Part shown: positions 1 to 12,869 of the stretch, piece by piece
Numbering within the stretch: position 1 is the stretch's first letter
Layout of the letters: every line of letters begins with the position of its first letter
From: Dudresnaya verticillata
Taxonomy: Eukaryota
Assembly (NCBI GenBank): GCA_977862235.1
Contig: OZ374561.1
Location: 2,294,001 to 2,358,000 of the forward strand
Reading direction: 5' to 3'
Length of the DNA stretch: 64,000 nt
Made by a program: the position numbers and the translations under genes
The notes under the pieces: generated by a model
What the model was told of the DNA's origin: nothing
Seen by the model: the letters and a program-made list of their open reading frames with translations, nothing else
The model's database searches: none

Positions 1-3000
1 AACTACAAAGTATACGCCGACCTGGGCGTAACTGTAGGTACCTTGGCACGTAAACATACTGTCCTCGACACGGGGGCTGGTCCGAATTTCATTCGCATTG
101 ACGACATTCCGCTAGAAGCGCGACCACGGATCGTATCCAAGAGTCTCCCCGTCATATCAGACATTAGCAACAAGGCGATTCAGACCCGGGGTACTATCGA
201 CTTAGTCGTACGTCTCGGACGAAGGGTTGTCAAGTTGGAGTTGATCGTCTGTGAACGGCTCGCTGCGCCGGTCATACTTGGTTGCGACTTTTGCGACCGC
301 TTTGTCGAAGCGATTTATCCGCGGAGTCGCGAGATTGAGTTGGATGACGGGACCCGTGTCCCTTTAACGCACCGCCTGCTGCGCTGGCCCCCGTCGTACC
401 CCCCGTTTCCAACGGAACAAGAGTACGGCACGGCTGAAGGGCGAACGTCGCCCAAGATACGCGTTGCGGAACGGACGATCATCCCGCCGCAGGCGCAAAA
501 GTGGATCTCGGTGACGACCGAGCGAGCAGGGGTCATTACCATCCAACCGTTTGGAACGTTATATGATCGGCAAGCTTTGGCCGTTACTAACAGGGTCGCT
601 CAAGTAGAGCAGAGTGTTCCGGATTCTCGTCGCCAACTTCTCCCCGCGCCCGCAAGCGCTCGTTAAAGGACAAGCCGTCGCTACCGCGTTGCCACATCCC
701 ACAGCAGTGTTCCCCAGTCACATAAGTCTGGCCGATGGCCTAGGTATCACCGAGGAACAGGCAGTGGAGGAGGAGGCGAATCAGGATTTCCGTTTTCAAA
801 CGAATGATGGGGTAACGGCGCAGCCGGATACATTCGCTAAGTCGATCGCAGCAACTGTAGCTAAATCTCCTTCAGTGGACGAGTTGGACCTGAGTCATCT
901 CTCAGCCGAACATCAAGGACGGCTGAAAGAGATGCTGCGCAGGTACTCGTCGATGTGGGACGGTTCATTAGGAGAAACCGCAACCACGGAGCACTATATT
1001 GACCTGCTTCCCGGCTCCAGGCCGATTTCATCCCCACCTTACCGCGCTGACCCAAAACAAAGGCAACTCGCTCAAGCGGAGGTGGATCGCATGTTGCGTC
1101 AGGGGGTTATCGAACCCGCACAATCTCCATGGGCGTCGCCGGTCGTCTTTGTTCCCAAGAAGGACGGTACACTCCGCTTCTGCGTTGACTACCGTCGCTT
1201 GAACGCGGTAACGGTACGAGGTACGTACCCTCTCCCGCGAATCGATGAATGTATTGACAGCCTAGGGGAAGCGAACGTCTTCACCACCCTAGACTGCAAT
1301 AGTGGTTACTGGCAGGTGCCCATCAATCCGCGAGATCGCGACAAGACGGCGTTCACGTGCCATGCCGGGTTGTTCCGCTACAAGCGTATGCCCTTCGGAC
1401 CTACTAACGCACCGGCCACGTTTCAACGGACCCTCGATATCCTGCTTGCTGGTTACAAGTGGCGCTCATGCCTCGTCTACCTTGACGATGTGATCATCTT
1501 CTCGAACGATATCGACAGTCACTTCCGTCATGTTTACGAGATCCTTTCGACCTTGCATCGGGCCGGGGTGACGTTGAAATTAACCAAGTGCGACGTCTTC
1601 ACCCCGACCGTCAACTATCTAGGCCATGTGATACGTCCGGGACGATTAGGAGTAGACCGTACGGTCACAGCCGCGTTACGCGAAGCCAAGCATCCGCGGG
1701 ACCAGAAGGAGTTACGGAGCTTTCTCGGATTGTGCAACGTCTATAGACGGTTTGTATCGCGATACGCGCACGTCGCCGCTCCCCTCAACAAATTGTTGAG
1801 GAAAGAGCAAGACTTCCAGTTACAACCGTTCACCGAGGAGCAAGCTCGGGCATTCAGCACGCTTGTCGAAGCGGTGATTCACCCGCCCATCCTGGCGTTG
1901 CCACAGCAAGGACTACCGTACTCCGTCGATTGTGACGCGAGTGAATACCAAGTTGGCTGCGCACTCTTTCAAACGCAGCCTGACGGCGAACGGAAGCCGC
2001 TTGGCTTCTGGTCACGCTTTTTAACCGCTCCGGAGCGCAACTACTCGGTATCCGAAAAGGAATGCCTAGCAGTAGTCTGGTCGATCACGACGTTGAGACC
2101 GAACCTTCAGATGGAGTCCTTCGTAGTCCATACGGATCATTCGTCGTTGAGGTGGCTCATGGAAATTAGCGACCCCTTGGGACGGTTAATGAGATGGCGC
2201 CTTCGCCTCTCTGAATTCGACTTCGTCGTGAAGTATAAAAAGGGATACTTGAATACTCAGGCAGATGCCCTCTCATGTCTACAGACGAACGGCGAAACTG
2301 TCGAACCAATCGACGATGATATCCCGTGTTACCACGGAAGTTGCGTCGAGGACGAGGATCACTCGTCAGAAGACGGCTACGCTCACGCAGAAAGCGATAT
2401 GTCAAACGCCAAGGGCGAAGTCGATTTCTCCGAACGAGACTTCGAGGAGTTTGACCAGATGTTGGTTACCAGCGCGCCACCGGCGGATGACGTGCTCCTC
2501 TGTCAATTGACGCATGAAGAGTTGGTGCATGCTCAGGGCAGTGAGCAGTACTGCTCCGAGATCCGGAAACGTCTAGACGACGGAGATACCCTACCGTTCG
2601 CAACGGATGAACAGGGACTATTGGTTCGGACCGTCGAGGCCTGACCCCAAGTCGTTGTACCATCCGTGTTACGCGTTCGATTGCTCCATCTCCGGCATCA
2701 GGCTAAATTAGCAGGACATCCCGGAGGGCGGAAGCTGTACCATACGCTTCGACGTGAGTATTATTGGCCGTCTATGTCGGTGGATTGTTACGCGACCGTC
2801 CGCAATTGCGTTACTTGCGCGAAGAACCGGGTACTGATGCGAAAGAACGTGAAGGAGATGAAACTGTTCCCAGCAACCGAGCCTCTCGAGTTTGTGTCCA
2901 TCGATATACTCGGGGAGCTCATACGCACTAAGCGGGGGAACAAGTTCCTACTCGTCATCGTGGACCGCTTCTCGAATCTGGTCCGGACGGTTCCCTTACG

Positions 3001-4580
3001 TAAGATTACGGCATTGGAAATGGCTAGGGCGTTTGTTCGACACTGGGTGTTTTTGTATGGCCCACCCAGGAAGCTGCTGTCCGACAATGGGCCGCAATTT
3101 GTAGCCAAGTTGTTACAGGACGTCTGCCGCATCTTAGGGGTGGAGAATCTCTTCACCACTACGTACCATCCGCAGTGTAACGGCCAGGTGGAACGATTCA
3201 ATCGAACCATCTTCGCCTCCCTGCGTCACTACGTAGCAGACCACCCCAGGGACTGGGATTTGTTCACCGATGCCCTGACGTTCGCGTACAATACGCAACT
3301 GCACTCGTCTACCCACCTCGCTCCATTCGCGCTGGTGCTATCTAAGCCCCCGCGGCCATTTTCGCTGGAAGCGGAGCCGTCGCTTGAAAGCGTGCCCACT
3401 GCCGAACAGTACTACACCAAATGGCGAACCTGGCTGTCCGCATTGATGGGAACCGCTAACGCGTCGATCGCGAAAACGTCGGCGCGTTACAAACGGAACT
3501 TCGATACTCGTCTGAGGAAATCGAAGGAGAACATCGCTGTGGGCGACTTCGCATTCGTGCAGAAGGAATACTTCGCCCGCGGCGGGAGCACCGATCGCTC
3601 AGAGCGCAACCACAAGCTCGCGCCTGTGGCGGATGGACCGTATCGAGTAACTCACGTCGACGAAGGGGCAGTCACCGTCGACAACGGACGTTGAGAACGC
3701 GAACGTTTATCCCGGGACCGCGTGGTATGGGCGCCAACCCCACCAGGGCACCCCGCCCACGCAACCGTGCAACCACCGGGACCACCTCATGTACCGGGGC
3801 CCACAGCCCCCATGTCAACCGACGAAGGAGCAGGAACCCCAGACACGCCACAGGCGGACCCAGTAGGAGACACAGGGGCACCGCGAAGCACGGACGACTC
3901 GCAGGAGCGAATGAATGCAACGCCGCGAAGTCGCGGGTTAGCAGAGCTCTCGCCCTTCGCCGCTAACCCCGACGACGGTGTATCGCAATCCGTCTCCGAA
4001 GAGGAGGAGGGTCCAGGCATCCGTACGCGAATGGGACACGCAACCTCGGCTTCGCCGGCTACCAAGGTAGGTCCCGCTTCGAGCGCATCGACTGACGATG
4101 AGGAAGACCGCGCTAACGCCAAGGACGCCGCTAGAAGCGACGAACCAGTACGCAAAAGCGACAAACCACAACCCGCTACGCAAGCTCTCGGGGCACCGAC
4201 CCAGCGACCCAGAACCACAACCCGCTACGCAAGCGCTCGGGGCACCGACCCAGCGCCTTAGGCGATCAACTCGTCCAGTACGGTTTGCAGAACCGGTGCA
4301 GACGCCCATCACGCAACGAAGTGAACCACCCCAGGCGTTAGAACGGTAGGAGCCCACGTCGACCGTTAGAAGCGCGAAGGAGTACGTTATCGAACGGGTT
4401 GAGTCGCACGCACACGCGGAAGACGGCGAGATCCTCTACCGCGTCAAGTGGTTTGGATACCCCGCTTCAGCGAATACCTGGGAACCAGTGTCCAGTCTAC
4501 CGCGATCGCACGTTGTGCGGTATCACCGTCAGAAGCATACGCGCCTGCCGCCAAACATCGACGACGCGCAACGTGGGTAA
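1..4580 (+). pseudogene. pol: Gypsy pol (aspartic protease, RT, RNase H, integrase, chromodomain), disrupted
   Basis: LDTGAG protease (43-666); frameshift ~612; YLDD RT and DASEY RNase H (614-2644); in-frame TGA 2642-2644; H-H-C-C zinc finger, SDNGPQF, GQVERFN integrase (2666-3694); further frameshifts; chromodomain EYVIERVESH..YRVKWFGYPASANTWEP at ~4377-4580. Confidence 0.95.
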
Positions 4581-5821
4581 CCCTAGTCAGGATGGACGCT
4601 GGAAGCGAAAACACACGCCACATACGGGTTGACGCGGACGTGCACTCGTTACGGACGACGGGGGCGATAATCAACCGGATCAAGGACGATTGGGTCGGCG
4701 ACACGCGAATAGGCAACCCTCTTCGGAGGGGGTCCGTAAGGAAAGAACGGCTGACAGTAGTCAGAAGGCATGGAGGGCGCACGCACCACACGAAATCGGG
4801 CAACAAACGAAATGGAAAAGTTTAATGTGAAAACAATAACGCGAAGGCACCAGCCAGGCGGCGCCCAACAAACGAGAACCTGACAAGTGTGTGCCCCAGC
4901 ACTACGAGCGCCCACGAGGCAACCAAGCACGGACGCGACAGACCGTCTCCGACGTCCTCGCCCAGGCGCGCCACCCACGGCCAAGTCCGAAACGCGTCAC
5001 CCTTACGGGCGGCGCGCGCAACCGCCTCGAGGGTGACGCCCGCGAACGTCAACGACGTGTCTCAAGTCGACAAAGGGTCGCCCGCAAACACGAGAGAAGA
5101 AACAGTCGTCGAAGACGGAGTTGGGCTACGCTTCGTGCACGACGCGCTAATCGCAAAAATGACTCCGCCGCTGGGCGCGGCAGCCGCACCCAGGAGTCGC
5201 AGGAAACGCGTCCAACGCGCGGCGCATCGCCAACCTAACCGTCCCCGACGCTAACCCAACATGCCCTACGTCAAGGACGAAAAGCCAACCGACGAACGGC
5301 TCCCCAACTACATATTCGCTTAACAAGCGGAATCACGATTTGAACAAAACGACTAAGTCGGCATAAGAACATGGGCCCTCCCAAAAGGGCTTACGCTACT
5401 GTAGCGGCATCAAGAAATGGGAAAAAACGCCATCAAGGCGGCACCGCCCCAAGCTTTTACGCAAACGCTACTACAGCGGACAGACAACAACAACATCTAT
5501 ACGAACAGGACCCGTCGGCTACCTACTATTCGCTATCGCAGCGCTCTACATCAAGCGGACACATAAGCAACTACGTTTGACAACGATCAAGTTTATTCGG
5601 GCTTCACAAGCGAGGGTAATCCCCGTGCCCGTATGACCTTCCACTACGACCTACGTCGTGAGACACGGCACTAACCGTCTATGACGTATGAATCCCTCGC
5701 TCGCCGTCCGGCTGCGGGGCAAGCGGAGCGACACTACACGCACTCTCGCGCCCACGAACCGTTCTTAACGATCCAACAACGCTACGGCTTTTCCGTCGCA
5801 GACGGCCCAGATGGGGCATCA

Positions 5822-8063
5822 TCACCGACGCCACTGGCGGATTCTCTTAACGCCTCTTCTTAGAGGTCGTCTTCCGTCACCGACGGTGCGCTCGGAGCAG
5901 GGGCAGGGACGGACCGCAATGGGACCCGCCACAGCCACTGCTGTCGAAGTCGCGACATCCGCCACTGGCGACGCACCTGGCTCACAATCCGCCTTAGGCG
6001 ACGACTGTTCGTCAACCGCCATAGGCGCAGCGTCAGAGTCATTATCCGCCTTAGGCGCTACACCAGGAAGCTCACTTGCCTCTGGCGGCGGAGCATCCTC
6101 AACCGCCTTGGGCGAAGTCGACGGCCCCGGCACCTCCGGTGACGGGACCGCATTAACCGCCAAAGGCGTTGAACGATCAACATCCGTCATCGACGAAGAG
6201 GCCACTGGAGCCTGCGAAACCGCCGTAGGCGCTGCCACCGCACTCGCCTTTAGCGAACTTTTGTTAACAACGTCAGTGGACGCAATGGCGGACGAACCCG
6301 CACAACCCGCCTTATGTGACAAAGGCTTTTTTGCCACTCCGTCATTAGACGCCGCACCTTCATCGTTAGACGGCATGGTCGCAACGACGGTCGACGCCGG
6401 AACCGCAGCAACGCTGGGATGCAGAGCAGCCAGTAGCGAGTGCCCGAGGGGCGTCGTGGATGACCCGCCCGACCCGTCAGTGACGACATCGGTGGCTCGC
6501 AAGAATGCGAGCACCGTGCGGCGCTGCTCCTCAGTCCACTCGGGCACTGCAGGAGGGCAATTCGCACCGTCAGCAACGTTGGACAAGCCGCCTTGAGGCG
6601 TAACTGCAGACGCAAACTCGCCATGGGCGCAGCCATGATGGCATCACCATCACCGTCATTGACGAGCGCCGAGAGATCCAATGGCACAACAGCCGACGGT
6701 CCTACCGCCGCTGGCGAAATCTTCGTCGGAGCTGTCGCCCCCGCAGTAAGCTCAACCGCCATAGGCGTAATGACGTCCGTCCCAGACGGGTTAACCGGTC
6801 CGCCGTTAGCGTGGAACGCATCCTCCTCCGCCATCAAGGCGCTCAAGTGGGGTGGGAAATCCCCCGCAAAGTCGCAATTCTTGCGCAACCCACGAGGGTG
6901 GTTCGCTGCCGTGAAGCGGTCCGTACGACGATGACTCTCAGCGATGTTCTCCGTCGTAAGACGTTTGGTCCACGGGTTGTACCACACCCAATCGCCACAG
7001 GCGGAATGATTTCTACTCTTCGCGTAACGCGGACGGTTTGCCTTACTGCGCCTGTTTCCCGGCTGCACAGCAGCCGGGTCGTCCCAGTTGACGTTATCCG
7101 CCACATGGCGTAGATCCCAGAACTCTTGGCAGTTCTTGGCACCGCCCAGCACTTCAGCCAAGTCAAGCCCGCCAAGGAGTCTAACTACGCGTGGCGGCAC
7201 ACAATAGAGCCGGAAGGTGTCATACACCTCCCACATCCATGCGTAAGTTACGTTGATGACCCACTCGGTGAAAAACACGATCCAACATCGGGAGTATGGA
7301 TCCGTCCGCAACTCGGAGCCAATATACGTGACACACGGAGGCAATTCAGCCGCAAAGCCCTCGCAGACCTCAAAGTCCCGCCACAACGGCGGGACGCGAA
7401 TGAAGCAATGCGGCAACTTTCCCGCTCAATGCGATCGACTTGCATATCTTGATACGGCACAAAAACGCCTTTACGGCAGCGCGTTTCGCACTCCCAACGG
7501 ACGCAGCGCTCCCAATAGAAGGTGCCCGTCCTATGCAAGTATCGGAAATCCGCTTTCGAGCGTACATCAAGGAGGTTAGCCTCCTGAAGCACCCGCGGCT
7601 CAGCCGAAACAGCCACATGGCTTAGTGACAACGTCCCAAGACGGTCCCCATACCCAACCTCGCCATTTGTGCGGTACTGCCCTGCGTCAAATTCAAAGAC
7701 GGTGGGCGTCAATACCGACCCCGGATAGCGGGTAAACCGCGGATACACGTCAACGACGAAACGCGCATGTGCATCTGCACGCGTCTGACCGGGGGCAATA
7801 CGCAGCCAACCTCTCGGAATGGCGCACCAATGGCGCCACTCGTTCGTCCACACGACGGCCAGGGGCAACTCCCCTGGCAAAAATCCGCTCACAGCGTAAT
7901 TGGTGATGAGGTCCTCGTGCCGCAGGGCCTCCTGGTCGAACCAGGGGGCCCGCGAGAATAATCGCGTATTGTTGCGGCGAGTCCTCCCGACAAAGTCGAA
8001 TGGTGACGGATACACCGGCGCCGCCGAAGGCGCAGCCACTTGTATGACATTGAACTGTGCCAT
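5822..8063 (-). pseudogene. Antisense orphan ORF of Gypsy A (frameshifted into 7248-8063, 6250-7416, 5822-6586)
   Basis: Colinear peptide similarity to 58790-60472 (GFLPGELPL/GFLPGDLPL, YRTNGE, CEGF, WEVYDTFR/WELYDTYR, CGDWVWYNPW/CGDWAWFDPW). Confidence 0.85.
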
Positions 8064-8523
8064 TACGTCTGAGACGTTGAGTAATCACGCGCCACTGGCG
8101 GAATTCACACGATACGTCAACGACGGTTTTGGACTCCGAAGTCGAGTCAACTACGCCAAAGGCGGAAGCAAACAAAAAACACGTTAACGACGCTGGACGA
8201 AACAACGCCGAAGGCGGACCTCAAAGAAACGCCCTAGGCGATAAGCGCACGCACGCGTGCATTCATACGACGTCAAAGACGGGGTTTCACGCACGCCACT
8301 GGCGAAGTTAGTCAACGACACGTCTTCGACCGGAATTGTTCCTACGCGAAGGGCGGGGGAAACTGCACCGGAGTCTTTGACGGGGCTCACCCAACGCCAA
8401 GGGCGGGTAAATGCAGACGCGAAGGCGCGGGTGACCGATGCGAACGGCGCTGGAAGACGGCGCGGACGCAGGAAGGCGGGCAGGCTGAAACAAATGGACG
8501 TGTTCGCGTTTTCGGAGGGGACG

Positions 8524-9425
8524 TGTAGTGCCAGGGGGGTCCCCATTTTCGCTTTCAAGCGGGTTGATATGCAGCGTCTACCGACGGACGACCGCCAACG
8601 GTGCGCTCAACCCGCCCGCGGCGCAAACACGTCACCGACGCATGCCGCTGGCCACTTGGGCCAGAACGGCTCGCTTGGCGTGCAGACCGCACGCCTGAAC
8701 CCGGGCACTGTACGGCGCCACACGTACGCGCATGGTGCAGTGGCAGGAACGTTCGCTGTAAGCGTGGCCCGAATCCGGATCCAATCGGGATCCCACATCG
8801 GGATCAGACATCGGGATTAAGAGGTGTAAGGCACGCGCCTGTAAGCCTGGCGCATCCGCATGGCTGGCCCGAATCCGGACTGGATCGGGATTGGTGCGGA
8901 TCGATATCGCACGCGCCATGGGGCGCATGCGGCTGTAAGGAAGTAATCCACGTGTAGGTGTAAGGACTCGAGCGGGGAAGCTACGCGTGATCTGTCAGGA
9001 GCGCGGCTGCATAACGGACGGATCTGTCCGACGCGCCTCGGGACAACACGTGTCCCGAGTTCCCGCGTAGCGCGTACACACGCGTCGCCGCCGCTAGGTA
9101 ATTCTATACTTAGTTGATCCGTCTCAGACGTCACAGTAAACCCCGGCAAGCCGGCGTTGGTCCAGACTTCCCCGCGCGTACCCTACCGCTGCCTACGGCT
9201 AAGCGTCTACCTCCCGTGCTTCCACGTCTCTACCCGTCTTCGATGTGTTCCCTTTTTGTTCTCGTTTGTTCTTCCTTTCCGCCTCGGGCGTTTACAGTCC
9301 GCCCAAGGCGAGTCAACTGCTCTACCACAAGTCGCCCAAGGCGAGCCTACTCACCGCCACGGGCGTCGCTACCCACCGAGCCCCGAACTCCTCGGCGGTG
9401 TTCCGTCTAGGACGTTTGCACTACA
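8524..9425 (+). repeat. 3' LTR of Gypsy A
   Basis: TG...CA ends with 8-bp inverted termini, preceded by PPT; closely similar to 22450-23361. Confidence 0.95.
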
Positions 9426-10009
9426 GAAGCAACAACACGAACGCCACGGAGCGGAGCGAACGATACGAGAAGAGACGCGAAAGGACATACCAGCGCACAC
9501 GAAGGAGCAAACGGACTGCGAAGACCGAAAGCCAAGGAGCTGAAGCGAGTTGTGTGTGAGCGCGCTGACCGAAGACGCAAGGGGCTCGGACCCAGCGCAA
9601 CACGAAATTGAAATCACCCACGCGGCTCGAGCCCCGTCTCCGTGATCCGCACGCGCACGCGTCGACGGACGGCGCCGAACCCTAACCCGTTCTACGTACG
9701 CAAAAATATCTTCGTGATTAGCCAATACGAAGGCGCCATCGCACACGTGATCGGAATTCAAATTCGTAAGCCCCGAGGCACCGCTGCGCGACGACGTGAG
9801 CTCGAAGCAATCTTCGCGCCGCCACTCGGATGGCTCCATCCGCGCTCCACCGAGGGAAATCGGGACAAGCCAACTCGTGATTCGTAACCCGCGACCGGGA
9901 CGTTCGCTCTTGAGGGGGACCGTGTGGTATAGACGCTACCCGCGAGACGACTCCGTGGTCTACGTGAAAATAATCGAGAAATACGAATTTCGAAGTGACT
10001 CCGTGAATG

Positions 10010-10205
10010 CGCACGCCACGATGGCAAACGTATTACAATGCGCATATTCTGCGCGCGCCACGATGGCATTCGCATTACAGCATGCACGTGATACGAAATC
10101 GCTGACACCTCCGGACGAATCCCGAGCTGACTTCGTGATCGCGCGCGCCACGATGGCATTCGCATTACAGTGCGCCCCCGATACGAAATCGCTGACACCT
10201 TCGTG
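10010..10205. repeat. Degenerate tandem repeat, probably within another TE/LTR remnant
   Basis: GCCACGATGGCA three times; GATACGAAATCGCTGACACCT twice. Confidence 0.75.
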
Positions 10206-10544
10206 ACTTTTCCGTTGTCTCCCGCGCGTAACGACACCGGGGCCCACGAGACACGCGCACCTCCGTATGCATCGCTGGCGCACTTCGTAACCGCCACCAT
10301 ACGTCAGGCGACCGTTCGTTGGCACCGAGGCCGTTACGAATCATTCGAGTACGAACCGTCTCCCGCGTTGACGTATATTCGTGCTCACGTAGTATTACTT
10401 AGCCAGTCGTCTGGCACAACCTCCGAGAGTTTCCGGTAAGCGACTAGCGCCCGGACCTCGGAGTCTTCGGTAAACGCCTGTCTATTCAAGTTCGGTGTCT
10501 TCGTCTTCGTGACCGCGGATACGGTCGAGCCTCGCTTTCGACCA

Positions 10545-10910
10545 TCATTCGCAAAGTGATTCCTAAAGCATTGCAGGATATATTGTAGTCCTTCTTGAAC
10601 GTCTCCCCATTTCAAAATTTCGCTGAAGCTCTCCCTTGACGACAGATAAAAGTTTGTAAAAGCAGTTTCTACTCATGCGGTAAGCAGAATGGAACATATC
10701 GTCAGTGTAGAAAGACGAGATAGATTCAAAAGTGACACAATCACGAAGGGGATATGCTACAGAACTTCTCCGCTGCCGTTTCCGAACATTCTCGCTATCC
10801 TTCAAATGTCTCAATAATCGTGCGCAAATAGCAAATGCACTGGTCACCACCAATAGTTTCTTCCATCTTCGGCGTCGTTCGTGGGCCTGTAGATCGCGAA
10901 CAGAAGTCAT
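10545..10910 (-). pseudogene. PIF/Harbinger transposase N-terminal fragment
   Basis: FHSAYRMSRNCFYKLL followed after a frameshift by LGITLRMM, the typical Harbinger N-terminal helical region; no catalytic core visible. Confidence 0.6.
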
Positions 10911-12537
10911 AGAGCAGGGAGAAGGGATCTAACACAATAGCATCAAAGCGATTGAGCGGTTAGCAGGTTAGAATGACGAAAAGATTGTGACAGAGACCCC
11001 GGACTCTAATCCCGTATACGGCGACAGCAGCTTTGTCCATTGAGGCTGCACATGGACGCTTGCTCATCTGGGCGCCCAGTAGTGCGCGCGTGCTTTTGCT
11101 GCGATAGAAACCATTAGGTCGAGACGCGTTGTGGGGCGGGGAGCGGAGGGCGGAGGGGGGCGTAACTTTACGCATTGTCCATCGGCGTACGCGTTGTAGA
11201 GTGATAGGTGTGTACAGAGGCGGTTATCGGGAAGGTGGGGAGCGTCTTAAGTGCTTCGGCTGCACGCCGGCAATAACTGTTCGCGGGCGACCTGGTAAAA
11301 ATCCGTAGACCGCAGACAAAATTCAAAAAAGCAAACCTCCTCGTCAATCCGGACCAGCCCTACTGGAGGCGCTTCGAGAATAATCGCATTACAGTAATGA
11401 GACACAGTGAGACACCGTGGCACGCGCTCTTTTTGTGAAGAAATTAATAAAGGGGGTGGGGTGACAGCGGATTCTGCCCTGTTGCAACCGGCCCTGAATG
11501 GGGTGTGAGGGATGCGGCGTGAGAGGAATGGTTGATGGGGGAGTGGGACACGTGTCTTTAGCTGGGGACGAAACGGATATCTGGCTGCTGATTGGCCGAT
11601 AGTGGTCAGTTAACTAGGTGGGGACGAAACGAGAGAAGCCAATGGGAGACCTGGATTACCTGGGGACGAAAGGCTATTGACCAATGAAATGGCTGGGGAC
11701 CAACTTGATTGAAACCCGTGGCACTCCGGGTGCCGCGGTACAACCCCGCATAGCGGTTTCCATTAAAATGCCCAAACGCGTCATGCGGGCTCACAGCAGT
11801 GCTCGTTATGTTAACAGGAAAGTCTTTGCGGTGCTGGTGAGATATATGTGGCATGCCGCAAGAGAATGGCAGGAAAAGTTCATTTATTCATGCAATTCTA
11901 GACGTTACGGACTACTACGGCCGCTACACCCGCACCAAATTGGTAACGGTCGAATGCGGGTGCCCGCCGTCCGCAGCGCGCTATATTAGAACCAAGATAC
12001 ACTATAAAAACCCTCCCCCCACGCGCTGTAGTCACCCCCCCACCCCGGCAGGGGTCAGTGGGGCTGATCACCCCCCTGGATTCCCATCCGGGCGTCCGTA
12101 CACTGAAGCGATCGCATTAGGATCATCGCGGCAGCGCGGGACGTCACGCGCTATACAAATGGCCTCAGCGGTCGTTAGTCCCTCAGGGAGGGACGAGGGA
12201 AAGGCCTCGCTCCCTTGGGCAGCAGTGGGGTTGGTCTCCCATTTCACCAAAATGAGACCAGATGGGCGCGGTCCCCCATCCCAAAAAAGGACTATTGGGC
12301 CTAATCTCCCATCTGCGAAAACAGACAAACCGTCCCCCGCGATGAACCCCTGAAGTCGAAAAATGCTTGTAGCCACTGCGGTGCGGCTTGGGTGGGTCAA
12401 AATCCTTACACTTGTAATAGCTGTACCTTTCCAGCAATCAAAGAAAATTGACGTTTCCAAATATGGCCACCGACGTGGCCAGCAATGCAAACCAAAGAGA
12501 GAGGCATGGGTGCGTAGGCACAGGGCGGGTGGGTGGG

Positions 12538-12729
12538 AAAGAGAGAGGCATGCCCAGATTTCTCCGGGGGCATAGCGTCGACCACTCTTATGACGAAGTT
12601 GCGTCCAAGAAAAGCGCGCCTTTTTCCCGGAAATTTGACACGTACGCATCGTGTAGCATCCTCTTACAGGATCGCCCTCGCTATTCATTGAGTACGTTTC
12701 ATGCGTATAAACGAGTCTACACATCACGA
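12538..12729. repeat. Direct repeat copy at 3' side of DIRS/PAT element
   Basis: AAAGAGAGAGGCATGCCCAG...ACATCACGA nearly identical to 25621-25811. Confidence 0.92.
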
Positions 12730-12869
12730 AATCCCAACAAAAACACCGCCCCAACATGGGGCGGAGAGAACGATGCCCCCGAGTTTTCGCTACGCCAACG
12801 GCGGCGGAATGGAAGCGGTGCCGGCAGTAATGCCGGTTCCGAAAAACCAGAACGACGCGGCGGTAGGCC

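Larger units (their letters stand above)
1..9425 (+). mobile_element. Ty3/Gypsy chromovirus-type LTR retrotransposon A (5' end outside window)
   Basis: PR-RT-RNaseH-INT-chromodomain order; purine tract GGAGGGG just before a 3' LTR TGTAGTGC...GCACTACA at 8524-9425. Confidence 0.95.

Noticed and set aside
4168..4256. 49-bp tandem duplication in the integrase-chromodomain linker
   Set aside because: Simple slippage duplication causing a frameshift; no further significance evident
11555..11705. CRISPR-like array (TGGGGACGAAA repeats with spacers)
   Set aside because: Only four 9-11 bp repeats, irregular spacing, eukaryotic TE context, no cas genes
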